Origin: Candidatus Aceula meridiana
GTDB lineage: Bacteria > Omnitrophota > Gorgyraeia > Zapsychrales > Aceulaceae
Direction: 5' to 3'
Assembly (NCBI GenBank): GCA_030765185.1
Contig: JAVCDE010000002.1
Coordinates: 853-64,852, forward strand
Length of the DNA stretch: 64,000 nucleotides
Both the position numbers and the translations under genes were made by a program. This document shows, in pieces, positions 19,036 to 28,812 of the stretch (positions are counted from its first letter, which is position 1; every line of letters begins with the position of its first letter). Below the pieces are notes generated by a model. The model was not told the DNA's origin and did not search any database. It saw only the letters and a list, made by a program, of their open reading frames with translations.

Positions 19036-20402
19036 AATTAAAAAAAGAATTAAAAACATTTCCTAAGGGTGGCGTTCATCCTGCTGATAATAAATTATCG
19101 GCGAATCGTCCCATTGAAGAGCTGCCGCTTCCTCAAACCGTAGCTATCCCTGTTTCTCAACATTTAGGTGCCCCGGCTAAGCCGATTGTTGCTGTTGGAG
19201 ATACAGTTAAGGTTGGACAAGTTATTGCTGAAAGCGGTGGTTATGTCTCAACCAACATTCATGCCACAGCTTCAGGAATTGTTGCTAAAATTGAAGATGT
19301 TATGGACGCTACAGGGTATCGACGGCTTGCTGTTATTATTAATGTTGAGGGTGATAATTGGCTTGAGAATATCGACCGGACGCCAGACATCAAGAGTGAG
19401 ATTAATGCTTCACAAGAGGAGATTATCAAGAAAGTGCAGGCTGATGGCATTGTTGGCCTAGGAGGCGCGACATTTCCTTTGCATGTAAAATTAACACCAC
19501 CAAAAGGAAAAAAAGCAGAGATGCTTTTAATAAATGGTGTTGAGTGCGAACCTTTCTTAACAGCAGATCATCGCCTGATGCTTGAAAAGGGTCAAGAAAT
19601 TCTGGTTGGCATTCGCATTGTTATGCGCGCCCTAGACGTTGAAAAAACTTTAATTGGAATTGAGGCTAATAAGCTTGATGCGATCGAATACCTTCGAACG
19701 CTAACCGAAGGTGATGTCGGTATTCACGTTATTCCTCTCAAGGTGCAGTATCCTCAAGGCGCAGAAAAGCAACTTGTTGAGGCGTTAACTTCACACCAAG
19801 TTCCAATCGGCGGACTTCCTATTGATGTCGGCATTGTCGTTCAGAATATTGGAACTATTTTTGCAGTTTATGAATCTATTCAAAAAAATAAACCACTCGT
19901 TGATCGCGTTATTACAGTGACAGGAAAAAAGCTTATCAATCCGTCTAACTTCTTAGTTCGTTTTGGTGTTCCTACGATTGATTTAATTAAAGCAGCTGGT
20001 GGGCTTCCTCAGGATACGGGTAAAATTATTTCTGGGGGACCTATGATGGGCAAGGCATTAAATACATCAGACGTTCCAGTGACAAAAGGAACTTCTGGGA
20101 TTTTGGTGTTATCGAAAAATGAAGCGAAGAGAGAAGAAGTTTTGCCATGCATCCGTTGCGCACGATGTGTTTCTCATTGTCCTTTAGGTTTAGAGCCATA
20201 TTTATTGATGAGTTTAGTTGAAAAAGGTATGATAGATGAAGCTGAAAAAGAGATTATCACAAATTGTTGCGAATGCGGATCCTGCGCCTATGTTTGTCCG
20301 GCAAAGCGTCCGTTGTTAGATTATATCCGATTGGGAAAGTCCATTATTATGCAGCGTAATCGAGAGGCTAACCAGAAGGCAGTCCAGGAGGCCCGAAAAT
20401 GA
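19032..20402 (+). CDS. rnfC: Rnf complex subunit C
   Basis: GGVHP, QHLGAP, GIVGLGGATFP, ECEPFLTAD, YPQGAEKQL, GGPMMG. Confidence 0.96.
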   Translation: MKLKKELKTFPKGGVHPADNKLSANRPIEELPLPQTVAIPVSQHLGAPAKPIVAVGDTVKVGQVIAESGGYVSTNIHATASGIVAKIEDVMDATGYRRLAVIINVEGDNWLENIDRTPDIKSEINASQEEIIKKVQADGIVGLGGATFPLHVKLTPPKGKKAEMLLINGVECEPFLTADHRLMLEKGQEILVGIRIVMRALDVEKTLIGIEANKLDAIEYLRTLTEGDVGIHVIPLKVQYPQGAEKQLVEALTSHQVPIGGLPIDVGIVVQNIGTIFAVYESIQKNKPLVDRVITVTGKKLINPSNFLVRFGVPTIDLIKAAGGLPQDTGKIISGGPMMGKALNTSDVPVTKGTSGILVLSKNEAKREEVLPCIRCARCVSHCPLGLEPYLLMSLVEKGMIDEAEKEIITNCCECGSCAYVCPAKRPLLDYIRLGKSIIMQRNREANQKAVQEARK

Positions 20403-21400
20403 GCCAGCAAAAGCTTACCGTTTCTCTTTCTCCGCATACATCTGGCAAGGATTCCGTCCATCGCGTGATGATTGATGTTGTGATCGCGCTTTTACCGGCT
20501 CTTGCGATGTCGTTCTACATTTTTGGGTTTGGCGCGTTTCGCGTTACGCTTTTAGCGGTTTTTTCCTGTGTGCTTTTTGAATATTTAATTCAAAAATTTA
20601 TGCTAAAAGTTAAACCAACAATTAATGATGGGTCAGCGGTTGTTACAGGGATGCTGCTTGCATTTAACTTACCGAGCAATCTTCCTTGGTGGATGGTAAT
20701 CGTCGGAAGTCTCGTCGCGATTGGTATCGCTAAAATGTCGTTTGGCGGCCTTGGCAACAATCCGTTTAATCCGGCTTTAGTCGGGCGCGTTTTCCTTTTT
20801 ATCTCTTTCCCAGTTGCCATGACAAGCTGGCCAAAACCAATTGTCACGCGCATGTCTTTAGTGGATGCCGTGACAGGAGCCACGCCTTTAGCAATTGTTA
20901 AAGAGGGGTTTAAAAATAATGTAGCAGTGACAGAGTTAATGACAAAACTTCCAAGCTACTTAGATCTTTTTATTGGAAAAGTTGGTGGATCTCTTGGAGA
21001 AATTTCTGCTGCTGCGCTTATTTTAGGAGGAATGTATCTTTTGTATCGAAAGGTTATTAGCTGGCATATTCCAATAGCGATGCTGCTGACGGTTTTTGTT
21101 TTTTCCGGAATTCTTTGGCGTGTTAGCCCGGATAAATATATCGATCCTCTATTTCAAATTCTGACCGGTGGAATTTTTTTAGGAGCAATTTTTATGGCGA
21201 CGGACATGGTGACATCGCCAATGACACCAAAAGGGATGATTATCTTCGGGTGTGGCATAGGGCTTATTACGGTTGTTATTCGTGTCTTTGGAGCGTACCC
21301 CGAAGGTGTTTCTTTTGCGATTTTAATCATGAATGCCTTTGTGCCGCTGATTGATAAATTTTGTAAACCTTCAAAATATGGGCTTGTAAAAAATGGCTAA
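20399..21400 (+). CDS. rnfD: Rnf complex subunit D
   Basis: SPH, FGGLGNNPFNPA, DAVTGATPL, ATDMVTSP, YPEGVSFAIL. Confidence 0.96.
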   Translation: MSQQKLTVSLSPHTSGKDSVHRVMIDVVIALLPALAMSFYIFGFGAFRVTLLAVFSCVLFEYLIQKFMLKVKPTINDGSAVVTGMLLAFNLPSNLPWWMVIVGSLVAIGIAKMSFGGLGNNPFNPALVGRVFLFISFPVAMTSWPKPIVTRMSLVDAVTGATPLAIVKEGFKNNVAVTELMTKLPSYLDLFIGKVGGSLGEISAAALILGGMYLLYRKVISWHIPIAMLLTVFVFSGILWRVSPDKYIDPLFQILTGGIFLGAIFMATDMVTSPMTPKGMIIFGCGIGLITVVIRVFGAYPEGVSFAILIMNAFVPLIDKFCKPSKYGLVKNG

Positions 21401-21968
21401 AAATCCATCCAACTTCCTTAATATGGTTCTCACGCTATTTGTGATTACATTTATCTCATCCGCTGCGCTAGGATTTTTTTATGAACAAACAAAAGGGCCG
21501 ATTGCAAAAGTCGCGCTTGCGAAAAAGACAAAAGCCATTGCTGAAGTTGTCCCATCTTTTGATAATGATCCTCTTAAAGACACATTTACGGTTGATATTG
21601 ATGGAGAAACTTTAACGTTTTATCGTGCGACCGAGAACGGAAAAATTGTTGGAACAGCTATCGAGACATTTACAAAGAATGGTTTTGGCGGGCTGATAAG
21701 GCTTATGGTTGGACTTCTGCCAGACAATACCATTGATAATATCGTTGTTGTCCTTGCGAATGAAACCCCTGGATTAGGAGATAAAATAAAAAAATCGAAA
21801 TCAAACTTTTCCGATCAATTTAATGGAAAGAATCCTTCAAGCTTTAAAATTGCCGTTAGGCAAGACGGGGGAGATGTTGATGCAATAACTGCAGCAACAA
21901 TTTCTTCAAGAGCTTTCTGCGATGCTGTAGAACGTGCATACACTACATATCAAAAGGAAATGAAATAA
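21393..21968 (+). CDS. rnfG: Rnf complex subunit G
   Basis: ETPGLG and the FMN-binding motif [10 protein letters not shown]. Confidence 0.93.
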   Translation: MAKNPSNFLNMVLTLFVITFISSAALGFFYEQTKGPIAKVALAKKTKAIAEVVPSFDNDPLKDTFTVDIDGETLTFYRATENGKIVGTAIETFTKNGFGGLIRLMVGLLPDNTIDNIVVVLANETPGLGDKIKKSKSNFSDQFNGKNPSSFKIAVRQDGGDVDAITAATISSRAFCDAVERAYTTYQKEMK

Positions 21969-22555
21969 TGAGTCAATGGCAAAACTTTACAAAAGGCTTT
22001 TTGAAGGAGAATCCTGTTTTTATTCTTCTTTTAGGCCTGTGTCCAACTCTAGGTGTAACAACAACTGCTATTAATGGCCTTGGGATGGGCCTGGCAACAA
22101 CATTTGTTTTGGTCATGTCGAACATTGTCATTTCGCTAATTAAGGGCCTTATTCCTGATAAGGTACGTATTCCATCTTTTATCGTTGTCATAGCCGCCTT
22201 TGTAACGGTTGTGGATTTGGTTATGGCAGGTTATTTGCCAACGCTTCATGAGCAGCTTGGTATTTTTATTCCGTTGATCGTTGTCAACTGCATTGTACTC
22301 GGGCGCGCTGAGGCTTTTGCCTCTAAAAATACTTTTGTGACATCGATGATTGATGGTTTTGGCATGGGCCTTGGATTTACCTTGGCCGTTGTGACCCTAG
22401 GAGCTATTCGTGAAGCCTTAGGCGCAGGAGCGATTTTTGGATTTAAATTTATCTCTGGTGATGCGATTTTAATTTTTGCTATGGCACCAGGAGCTTTTAT
22501 TGTTTTAGGGTACTTGATCGCAATTGTTAACAAAATGAACAAAGGAGTTAAATAA
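21968..22555 (+). CDS. rnfE: Rnf complex subunit E
   Basis: [33 protein letters not shown]. Confidence 0.95.
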   Translation: MSQWQNFTKGFLKENPVFILLLGLCPTLGVTTTAINGLGMGLATTFVLVMSNIVISLIKGLIPDKVRIPSFIVVIAAFVTVVDLVMAGYLPTLHEQLGIFIPLIVVNCIVLGRAEAFASKNTFVTSMIDGFGMGLGFTLAVVTLGAIREALGAGAIFGFKFISGDAILIFAMAPGAFIVLGYLIAIVNKMNKGVK

Positions 22556-22556
22556 A

Positions 22557-22931
22557 ATGAGAAAAATTATACTTGCTATTATCTTTGTTTTATTAGCATC
22601 ATCTGCGCTTTTCGCGCAAGGATATAATGATCATCGCGATTCCGTTAATCTTGTTCGGCAACGCATTGATCGTATTTGGACAGGAAAAACTGAACCAGAG
22701 ATAAAAAGAATTCTTGGTGAGCCCGACAAGACTGAAGTTTATGAGAATAAGAAGGGGCGAATCGTTAAAGTTTTATATTATCTTATTGATGATTCTCATA
22801 CATGTTTAACTAAAAAAATGGATGAATGCTTTATTCCTCTGATACTCGAAAACGCACAGCTTATCGGTAAAGGATCAGAATCTCTCGAAATAACAAAACA
22901 AAGATACAATCTAGAAAAAGCTTTTGAATAA
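22557..22931 (+). CDS. Secreted DUF3192/BamE-fold-like protein
   Basis: Signal peptide, then ILGEPDKTE...VLYY...[18 protein letters not shown], resembling DUF3192. Confidence 0.55.
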   Translation: MRKIILAIIFVLLASSALFAQGYNDHRDSVNLVRQRIDRIWTGKTEPEIKRILGEPDKTEVYENKKGRIVKVLYYLIDDSHTCLTKKMDECFIPLILENAQLIGKGSESLEITKQRYNLEKAFE

Positions 22932-23503
22932 TGAAGTATATCCTTTTAATCATATCAGCCGTTCTTGTTAACAATATCGTCCTGACACAATTTTTGGGGA
23001 TTTGTCCTTTCCTCGGCGTCTCTAAGAGACTGTCGACTGCCGTTGGGATGGGAGGGGCTGTCCTTTTTGTTATGACGTTGGCCACCATCGTAACCTATTT
23101 AATTCAAAATTATATTTTAGTGCCTATGGGGATAGAGTTCATGCAAACGGTGGTCTACATTTTAATAATTGCAGCTCTTGTTCAAATGGTTGAATTAATT
23201 CTAAAAAAAGTTTCACCTGCGCTTTATCAGGCTTTGGGTGTTTTTCTGCCGTTGATTACAACAAATTGTGCAATTTTAGGTGTTGCGATTTTAGTTATCC
23301 GCAAAGAGTATAACTTGATGGAAAGCACAGTTTTCGCTATTGCCAATGCCATTGGCTTTACGCTTGCGTTGATTATCTTTTCTGGTATTCGTGAAAAGCT
23401 TGAACTTCTTGATGTTCCTCAAGCCATGAAGGGAACCCCCATTGCCCTTATCATCGCTGGACTTCTTGCTCTTGCCTTTATGGGTTTTGCGGGAATTGTG
23501 TAG
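22931..23503 (+). CDS. rnfA: Rnf complex subunit A
   Basis: [30 protein letters not shown]. Confidence 0.95.
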   Translation: MKYILLIISAVLVNNIVLTQFLGICPFLGVSKRLSTAVGMGGAVLFVMTLATIVTYLIQNYILVPMGIEFMQTVVYILIIAALVQMVELILKKVSPALYQALGVFLPLITTNCAILGVAILVIRKEYNLMESTVFAIANAIGFTLALIIFSGIREKLELLDVPQAMKGTPIALIIAGLLALAFMGFAGIV

Positions 23504-23506
23504 TGT

Positions 23507-24547
23507 ATGTCGAATGAAAACTTTCAAGCTAGCTGGGGACAAAATTTAAATAATAAAGAAGTCCGCTGCCAGCTTTGTCCGCGCGAATGCCTCTTAAAAG
23601 AGGGGCAGCGCGGATTTTGCTTTGTGCGCCAGAATATCGACGGAAATCTTATCCTGACGACTTATGGCCGCTCAAGCGGTTTTTGTATTGATCCTATTGA
23701 GAAAAAGCCTCTTTATCATTTTTACCCAGGAAGCCCAATCCTTTCCTTTGGAACAGCCGGATGCAACCTAGGATGTTTGTTTTGTCAAAATTGGAATATT
23801 TCAAAATCAAAAGAATTTGATAGGCTCACAGAGCAAGCAACGCCGAAACAAATCGCTGAAGCTGCAAAAAAAAGACATTGTCCTTCCGTTGCCTTTACAT
23901 ACAATGATCCTGTAATTTTTACTGAATATGCCATTGACGTTGCTAAAGAGTGTCACAATCTAGGAGTTAAAACAGTTGCCGTAACTGCCGGATATATTAA
24001 CCCGAAGCCACGTAAAAAATTTTTTGAACATATCGATGCAGCCAATGTCGACCTCAAAGCCTTTAGTGAAAACTTTTATGAAAAGTTTTGCCTTGGGCAT
24101 CTCGATCCTGTTCTAGATACTCTTAAATACATCAAGAATGAAACAAAAATTTGGCTTGAGATAACAACTCTGATTATTCCCAGTAAAAATGATTCGGACG
24201 AAGAATTAGATGAAATGACGTCTTGGATTGCTAAAGAGCTTGGGACTGATGTGCCTATTCACTTTAGTGCTTTTCATCCAAGTTTTAAAATTTTAGATAT
24301 TTCAGCCACGCCAAAGGAGACCTTAACAAAAGCTCGCGCCATTGCTTTAAAAAATGGATTGAGATATGTTTATACTGGGAACGTAAACGACGATGAAGGT
24401 TCATCGACATACTGCCCTAATTGTAAAAAAATGATAATTCAGCGTTTTGGATACACGCTTGTTGAATCTCATATTAAAAATAAAAAATGTATTTTTTGTA
24501 ATACAGAGGTTGCCGGATATTTTACGAAAGAGATGAAAAATCAATGA
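23507..24547 (+). CDS. amrS: AmmeMemoRadiSam system radical SAM enzyme
   Basis: CQLCPREC, DPIEKKPLYHF, GCNLGCLFCQNWNIS, YVYTGNV. Confidence 0.9.
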   Translation: MSNENFQASWGQNLNNKEVRCQLCPRECLLKEGQRGFCFVRQNIDGNLILTTYGRSSGFCIDPIEKKPLYHFYPGSPILSFGTAGCNLGCLFCQNWNISKSKEFDRLTEQATPKQIAEAAKKRHCPSVAFTYNDPVIFTEYAIDVAKECHNLGVKTVAVTAGYINPKPRKKFFEHIDAANVDLKAFSENFYEKFCLGHLDPVLDTLKYIKNETKIWLEITTLIIPSKNDSDEELDEMTSWIAKELGTDVPIHFSAFHPSFKILDISATPKETLTKARAIALKNGLRYVYTGNVNDDEGSSTYCPNCKKMIIQRFGYTLVESHIKNKKCIFCNTEVAGYFTKEMKNQ

Positions 24548-25311
24548 AGATTATTAGTTGGAACGTTAATGGCATTCGAGCCAGCGAGAAAAAAGGATTC
24601 TTAAATTGGCTGAAAAAAGAAAGTCCAGACATTTTGTGTGTTCAGGAGACAAAGTGTGCGCCAGAGCAGCTTAACGAGAATCTTCTTAACCCTCTTGGAT
24701 ATCAAAGCTTTTGGTCAGCCTCAACAATTCGAAAAGGATACAGTGGTGTTGCAGTTTATGCAAAGAAAAGCCCGAAATCCATTACGGACAAGCTTGAAAA
24801 AAAAGAATTTGATTGTGAGGGACGTCAGCTTATTTGTGACTTTGGGAAGTTTGTTCTTTGTAATGTTTATTTCCCAAATGGGGGACAAGGTAACAAACGT
24901 GTTCCTTACAAGATGCGATTTTATGAAAAATTTCTTAATACAATTGAGTCCTATGTTGAAAAAGGCAAAAATGTCATTGTAACCGGTGACGTCAATACCG
25001 CACACACAGAAATCGATCTTGCTCGCCCAAAAGGCAATGAGGAAAACACCGGGTTTTTGCCTAAGGAGCGTGCTTGGATTAGTAAGCTAATCAAAAAAGG
25101 ATACGTGGATACATTTCGTTATTTTCACCCAGACGAACCGCATCATTACACTTATTGGGATTACAAAACCGGTGCACGCGCAAGAAACGTTGGATGGCGC
25201 TTAGATTATTTCTTCGTTAATAAAAAATTTCTGCCTAGAGTCAAGAAATCCTATATCCTAAAAGATGTTTTAGGCTCTGATCATTGTCCTATCGGTTTGG
25301 AAATAAAATAG
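24544..25311 (+). CDS. xth: Exodeoxyribonuclease III
   Basis: SWNVNGIRA, QETK, GYSGVA, GDVNTAH, GWRLDY, SDHCP. Confidence 0.96.
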   Translation: MKIISWNVNGIRASEKKGFLNWLKKESPDILCVQETKCAPEQLNENLLNPLGYQSFWSASTIRKGYSGVAVYAKKSPKSITDKLEKKEFDCEGRQLICDFGKFVLCNVYFPNGGQGNKRVPYKMRFYEKFLNTIESYVEKGKNVIVTGDVNTAHTEIDLARPKGNEENTGFLPKERAWISKLIKKGYVDTFRYFHPDEPHHYTYWDYKTGARARNVGWRLDYFFVNKKFLPRVKKSYILKDVLGSDHCPIGLEIK

Positions 25312-25321
25312 GAGGAGTTTT

Positions 25322-25828
25322 GTGAGAAATAACTTTATCGTTTTAACTTTTAGCTTATTGATTCTAATTTCGAGCGAAAAAGGGGGATTTGCCATGAAAA
25401 TAACTAGTCCTGAATTTAAGCACAATGAAATGATTCCTCAGAAGTTTACCTGTCAAGGCACAGATGTATCGCCGACTTTAGACATTTCTGATATCCCGGA
25501 AGGAACAAAAAGCCTAGCATTAATAGTCGATGACCCTGATGCGCCTATCGGCAATTGGGATCATTGGATTGTTTATAATATTTCACCAGCGATCTCTAGG
25601 ATTGAAGAAAAATCTATTCCAGGCGATCAAGCTATTAATGATTTTGGCCACAAAGACTGGGGTGGCCCATGCCCACCTAGCGGAACCCACCGCTATTTTT
25701 TCAAATTATATGCTCTAGATACAGAGCTCAAGCTTACTGATAGCGCACGAAAAAAGGACCTTGAGCGTGCTATGGATGGACATATTCTTGAGAAAACACA
25801 ATTAATAGGTCTCTATAAGAAATTCTAA
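25322..25828 (+). CDS. YbhB/YbcL (PEBP/Raf kinase inhibitor-like) protein
   Basis: DDPDAP, HWIVYNI, GPCPPSGTHRYFFKLYALD. GTG start with ggagg RBS. Confidence 0.92.
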   Translation: MRNNFIVLTFSLLILISSEKGGFAMKITSPEFKHNEMIPQKFTCQGTDVSPTLDISDIPEGTKSLALIVDDPDAPIGNWDHWIVYNISPAISRIEEKSIPGDQAINDFGHKDWGGPCPPSGTHRYFFKLYALDTELKLTDSARKKDLERAMDGHILEKTQLIGLYKKF

Positions 25829-25948
25829 CCATTTCTCATTTATTTTTGATAAAAAAATGCTATTTTTTGGTTATTTTGCTTAAAATTTGTGCAATTCCAG
25901 GCAAAATCCCAATTTATATGCTATATTATATACAATAAAAAATATATT

Positions 25949-28711
25949 ATGACAAATTTTAATCAAAAGACTCATAAACCGATATTTTGTACCGGAATCT
26001 GCTTAGCTCTGGTATGGCTCCTTGTCTTAGGGCCAGCACTACCCTATGCTAGCTATGCCCAAACTGCTGCAGTCTTGCCTCAGGCAAATTACCTTGCAAT
26101 GCCTCCAGCTGGAACTAGAATTTCTCCAAGCCAAATCTATACCCCTGTTCTTATTAAGGGTATACAAATCGACCCTATAAATCCCTTTAATTTGGATTTT
26201 ATTATAGACACCGGAAATTCTAATCTAGATGATCAGGCCCTTAAAAAGGAGACAGAGAGGCTTGTCCGATACTTTTTAACGGCTTTAACAATCCCAGACG
26301 ATGAGTTTTGGGTTAATCTGTCACCATTTGAGCAAGATAAAATTATCACAGAGGATTTCTCAGCAACAGAGATGGGGAGAGACCTTCTTGCTCAGGATTA
26401 TCTTTTGAAACAGGTTACCGCATCACTCATTTATCCCGAAGACGAACTTGGTAAGAATTTTTGGAAAAAAGTTTACAAGAAAGCTTATGACAAATATGGC
26501 ACAACGAATATTCCGACAGATACCTTTAATAAGGTATGGATTATGCCAAAGACCGCAAAAATTTATCAAGAGGGAAGAAAAGTTTTTGTTGTCGAAAGCA
26601 CTTTAGAAGTTTTACTTGAAGAAGACTATCTTGCAAAAACAAAGAGCCAGAGAGATTCCAGCAGCCATCAAAAACAGAGCAGGGTTGCTTCCGAAATTGT
26701 TCGAGAGATTATTGTTCCAGAAATTGAAAAAGAAGTCAATGAGGGTAAGAATTTCGCACCTCTTCGTCAAATTTATCATGCAGTTATTCTGGCAACATGG
26801 TTTAGAAAGAACTTAAAAGGACACCTCATCAATCAAGCATATTCTTCTCAGTCAAAAATTAATGGAATTAATACTGTTAATAAAAAATCTAAAGAAGAAA
26901 TCTATGCTCAATATCTCGCAGCCTACAAAAAAGGCGCCTATAATCTTATCCGAGTTGAACGGGATGAATTTACGCAAAAAAATATTCCTCGAAAATATTT
27001 TGCCGGAGGCATTGTTTTAAATAATGAAATTATAAGTGCACCAACAAAAGTTAAGAAAAAAATGTCTCAGCAGATTCTCAACAGCATTACTGGCGCTCCA
27101 AAGCTTCTTAAAGTAAAACTAAGAAACCTTTGGAAAAATTCACAGCTGAACAAACGAATTAATGAGAGCAAGTACTATCAGAAAGAGCTTGAGAGAATGA
27201 GTAATATTCCAAAGCCGATTGCAGAAAAGATAGTAGATATTCTAAAAAAAATTAACAGAAAATTCGAGCCAACAAAAGTTGCGGTTTACAACAAAGAAGC
27301 CCATGGCAATATTAAGAATATTCGAGAGCGTCCGGCACGACTTAATTTAATACTTTATTTTAATGACACAAACGGATTCAAAACTAGAAGCACAGATACC
27401 ACGCAAAGACAGTATGAACAAAATTTAACCATACATATTCGCTATCTGTTGATGACGCTAGAAGACCTTTTAGCACCAAAAACAGAAACCCGAAAGAGTA
27501 TCCGCAAGCTTATTCATAACCTAGAATCTCCTTTTATTATAAAAGTTGTCGGCGCATACTGTGCATCAACAGAAACCCTCAAACCATTTTATGGGCTTGA
27601 TGAATATCTGGGACAGACAACACATAAATTCTTTGCACTTGAAAGTACAGGCAGGCTTTTGGAAGAAAGGGAAGTTCTAAACCGTAAGAACATAAACGCA
27701 CTTGACCTGAGCATGAACTACATAGACGATAATTTGTATTTTGGAGATGTTCATCAAAATGAAAATAAAATGGGCCGCCTAGGCTCTGGAACTGCAACAG
27801 ATGTCTTCAAGACGCCTTATCGCTCGCTAACAGTAAGGATTAAGTACGAATCAAATACTTTTGAGAACGACAGGAACAAAAGACTTGCGCGACGGACCGA
27901 AGAAAACCTTTTTAAAAAATTAAGCAAGCTAGGAATTGCGCCTAATGCCTACAAATCAGGAGAGGTCAACGACTATAATTATATTTTTGTAGACCGCATT
28001 ATTGGAACATCACTTGATGAAAAATATGACGACCTAAGAATAGAAAAACGAGGGTTGCGATACAATAAGGTAAAAATGATAGAAAATCTTTTACGCACTT
28101 TGTTAAAAAATCGCATCATAGTAACTGACTTCTTTAAGCCTTCAAACATAATGATTGGAAGATTTTATGGGATCAATCACACTCAAGCTTTTATTTGCGA
28201 CGTCATGAAGGCTCAAGATTCAAAACGAGGGCTAATTGATCTAGCCAAAGCATATAAGATTCAACTTCAGCAAACAAATAAGTTTCATAAGAAAGTCGTT
28301 GCTGAAAATCCCAAAGAAAATTGGAAAATTTATGACCCGAAGGGATACTTAATCGAATTTCTCGATTATGTGATTGAGAATGGCGAAATTCCTGATTCCG
28401 AATGGGCAAACACTCTCGCCGGTGAAGAAGAAAAAGCCAACAGCATTAAAACAAGCCCTGACTTAAGAAATACAACTGCTTTGGATGAAGACAGCGCTGC
28501 ACCCAAAATAATATCTAGCCCAGCAAAGAAATTCGGCGGTATCGACCTTACCGCTGACAACATAGATCTAGAAATTGAAGGAAACAGAATAAATCCAGAC
28601 TTATTTGGATCTGCTTATCAAATTTATGCTGATGACATTGCTGGACTGCAACCGGTCACTATTGACATCAGCCCCATATCAAATTTTAGTCAATTCTTTA
28701 ATTTAAAGTAA
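25949..28711 (+). CDS. Large secreted modular protein (about 920 aa): conserved N-terminal domain, variable core with protein-kinase-like domain, GGIDL C-terminal motif
   Basis: Signal peptide ending ASYA-Q; WVNLSPFE, TEMGRDLLAQDYLLKQ, FNKVWI, RKYFAGG; LGSGTAT...DFFKPSNIMI...FICD; FGGIDL. Start 25949 preferred over GTG 25889. Confidence 0.75.
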   Translation: MTNFNQKTHKPIFCTGICLALVWLLVLGPALPYASYAQTAAVLPQANYLAMPPAGTRISPSQIYTPVLIKGIQIDPINPFNLDFIIDTGNSNLDDQALKKETERLVRYFLTALTIPDDEFWVNLSPFEQDKIITEDFSATEMGRDLLAQDYLLKQVTASLIYPEDELGKNFWKKVYKKAYDKYGTTNIPTDTFNKVWIMPKTAKIYQEGRKVFVVESTLEVLLEEDYLAKTKSQRDSSSHQKQSRVASEIVREIIVPEIEKEVNEGKNFAPLRQIYHAVILATWFRKNLKGHLINQAYSSQSKINGINTVNKKSKEEIYAQYLAAYKKGAYNLIRVERDEFTQKNIPRKYFAGGIVLNNEIISAPTKVKKKMSQQILNSITGAPKLLKVKLRNLWKNSQLNKRINESKYYQKELERMSNIPKPIAEKIVDILKKINRKFEPTKVAVYNKEAHGNIKNIRERPARLNLILYFNDTNGFKTRSTDTTQRQYEQNLTIHIRYLLMTLEDLLAPKTETRKSIRKLIHNLESPFIIKVVGAYCASTETLKPFYGLDEYLGQTTHKFFALESTGRLLEEREVLNRKNINALDLSMNYIDDNLYFGDVHQNENKMGRLGSGTATDVFKTPYRSLTVRIKYESNTFENDRNKRLARRTEENLFKKLSKLGIAPNAYKSGEVNDYNYIFVDRIIGTSLDEKYDDLRIEKRGLRYNKVKMIENLLRTLLKNRIIVTDFFKPSNIMIGRFYGINHTQAFICDVMKAQDSKRGLIDLAKAYKIQLQQTNKFHKKVVAENPKENWKIYDPKGYLIEFLDYVIENGEIPDSEWANTLAGEEEKANSIKTSPDLRNTTALDEDSAAPKIISSPAKKFGGIDLTADNIDLEIEGNRINPDLFGSAYQIYADDIAGLQPVTIDISPISNFSQFFNLK

Positions 28712-28812
28712 TCCCCTCAAAAAAATACTATTTTTTAATCTTTCATTTACATTTTTATAAATATATATATAATAGATGAATATCTGGATTGAGCTCATCT
28801 AAAAAAATATTT

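Noticed and set aside
23507-24547. Complete AmmeMemoRadiSam system
   Set aside because: Only the radical SAM gene is present. The AMMECR1 and Memo partners are not in this window, and dispersal of these genes is common.
27200-27370. Degenerate nucleotidyltransferase motif in the first cargo segment of the modular protein
   Set aside because: The spacing is vaguely similar (KVAVY...AHG...LNLILYF), but the GS and DxD catalytic residues are absent, so it is too weak to call.
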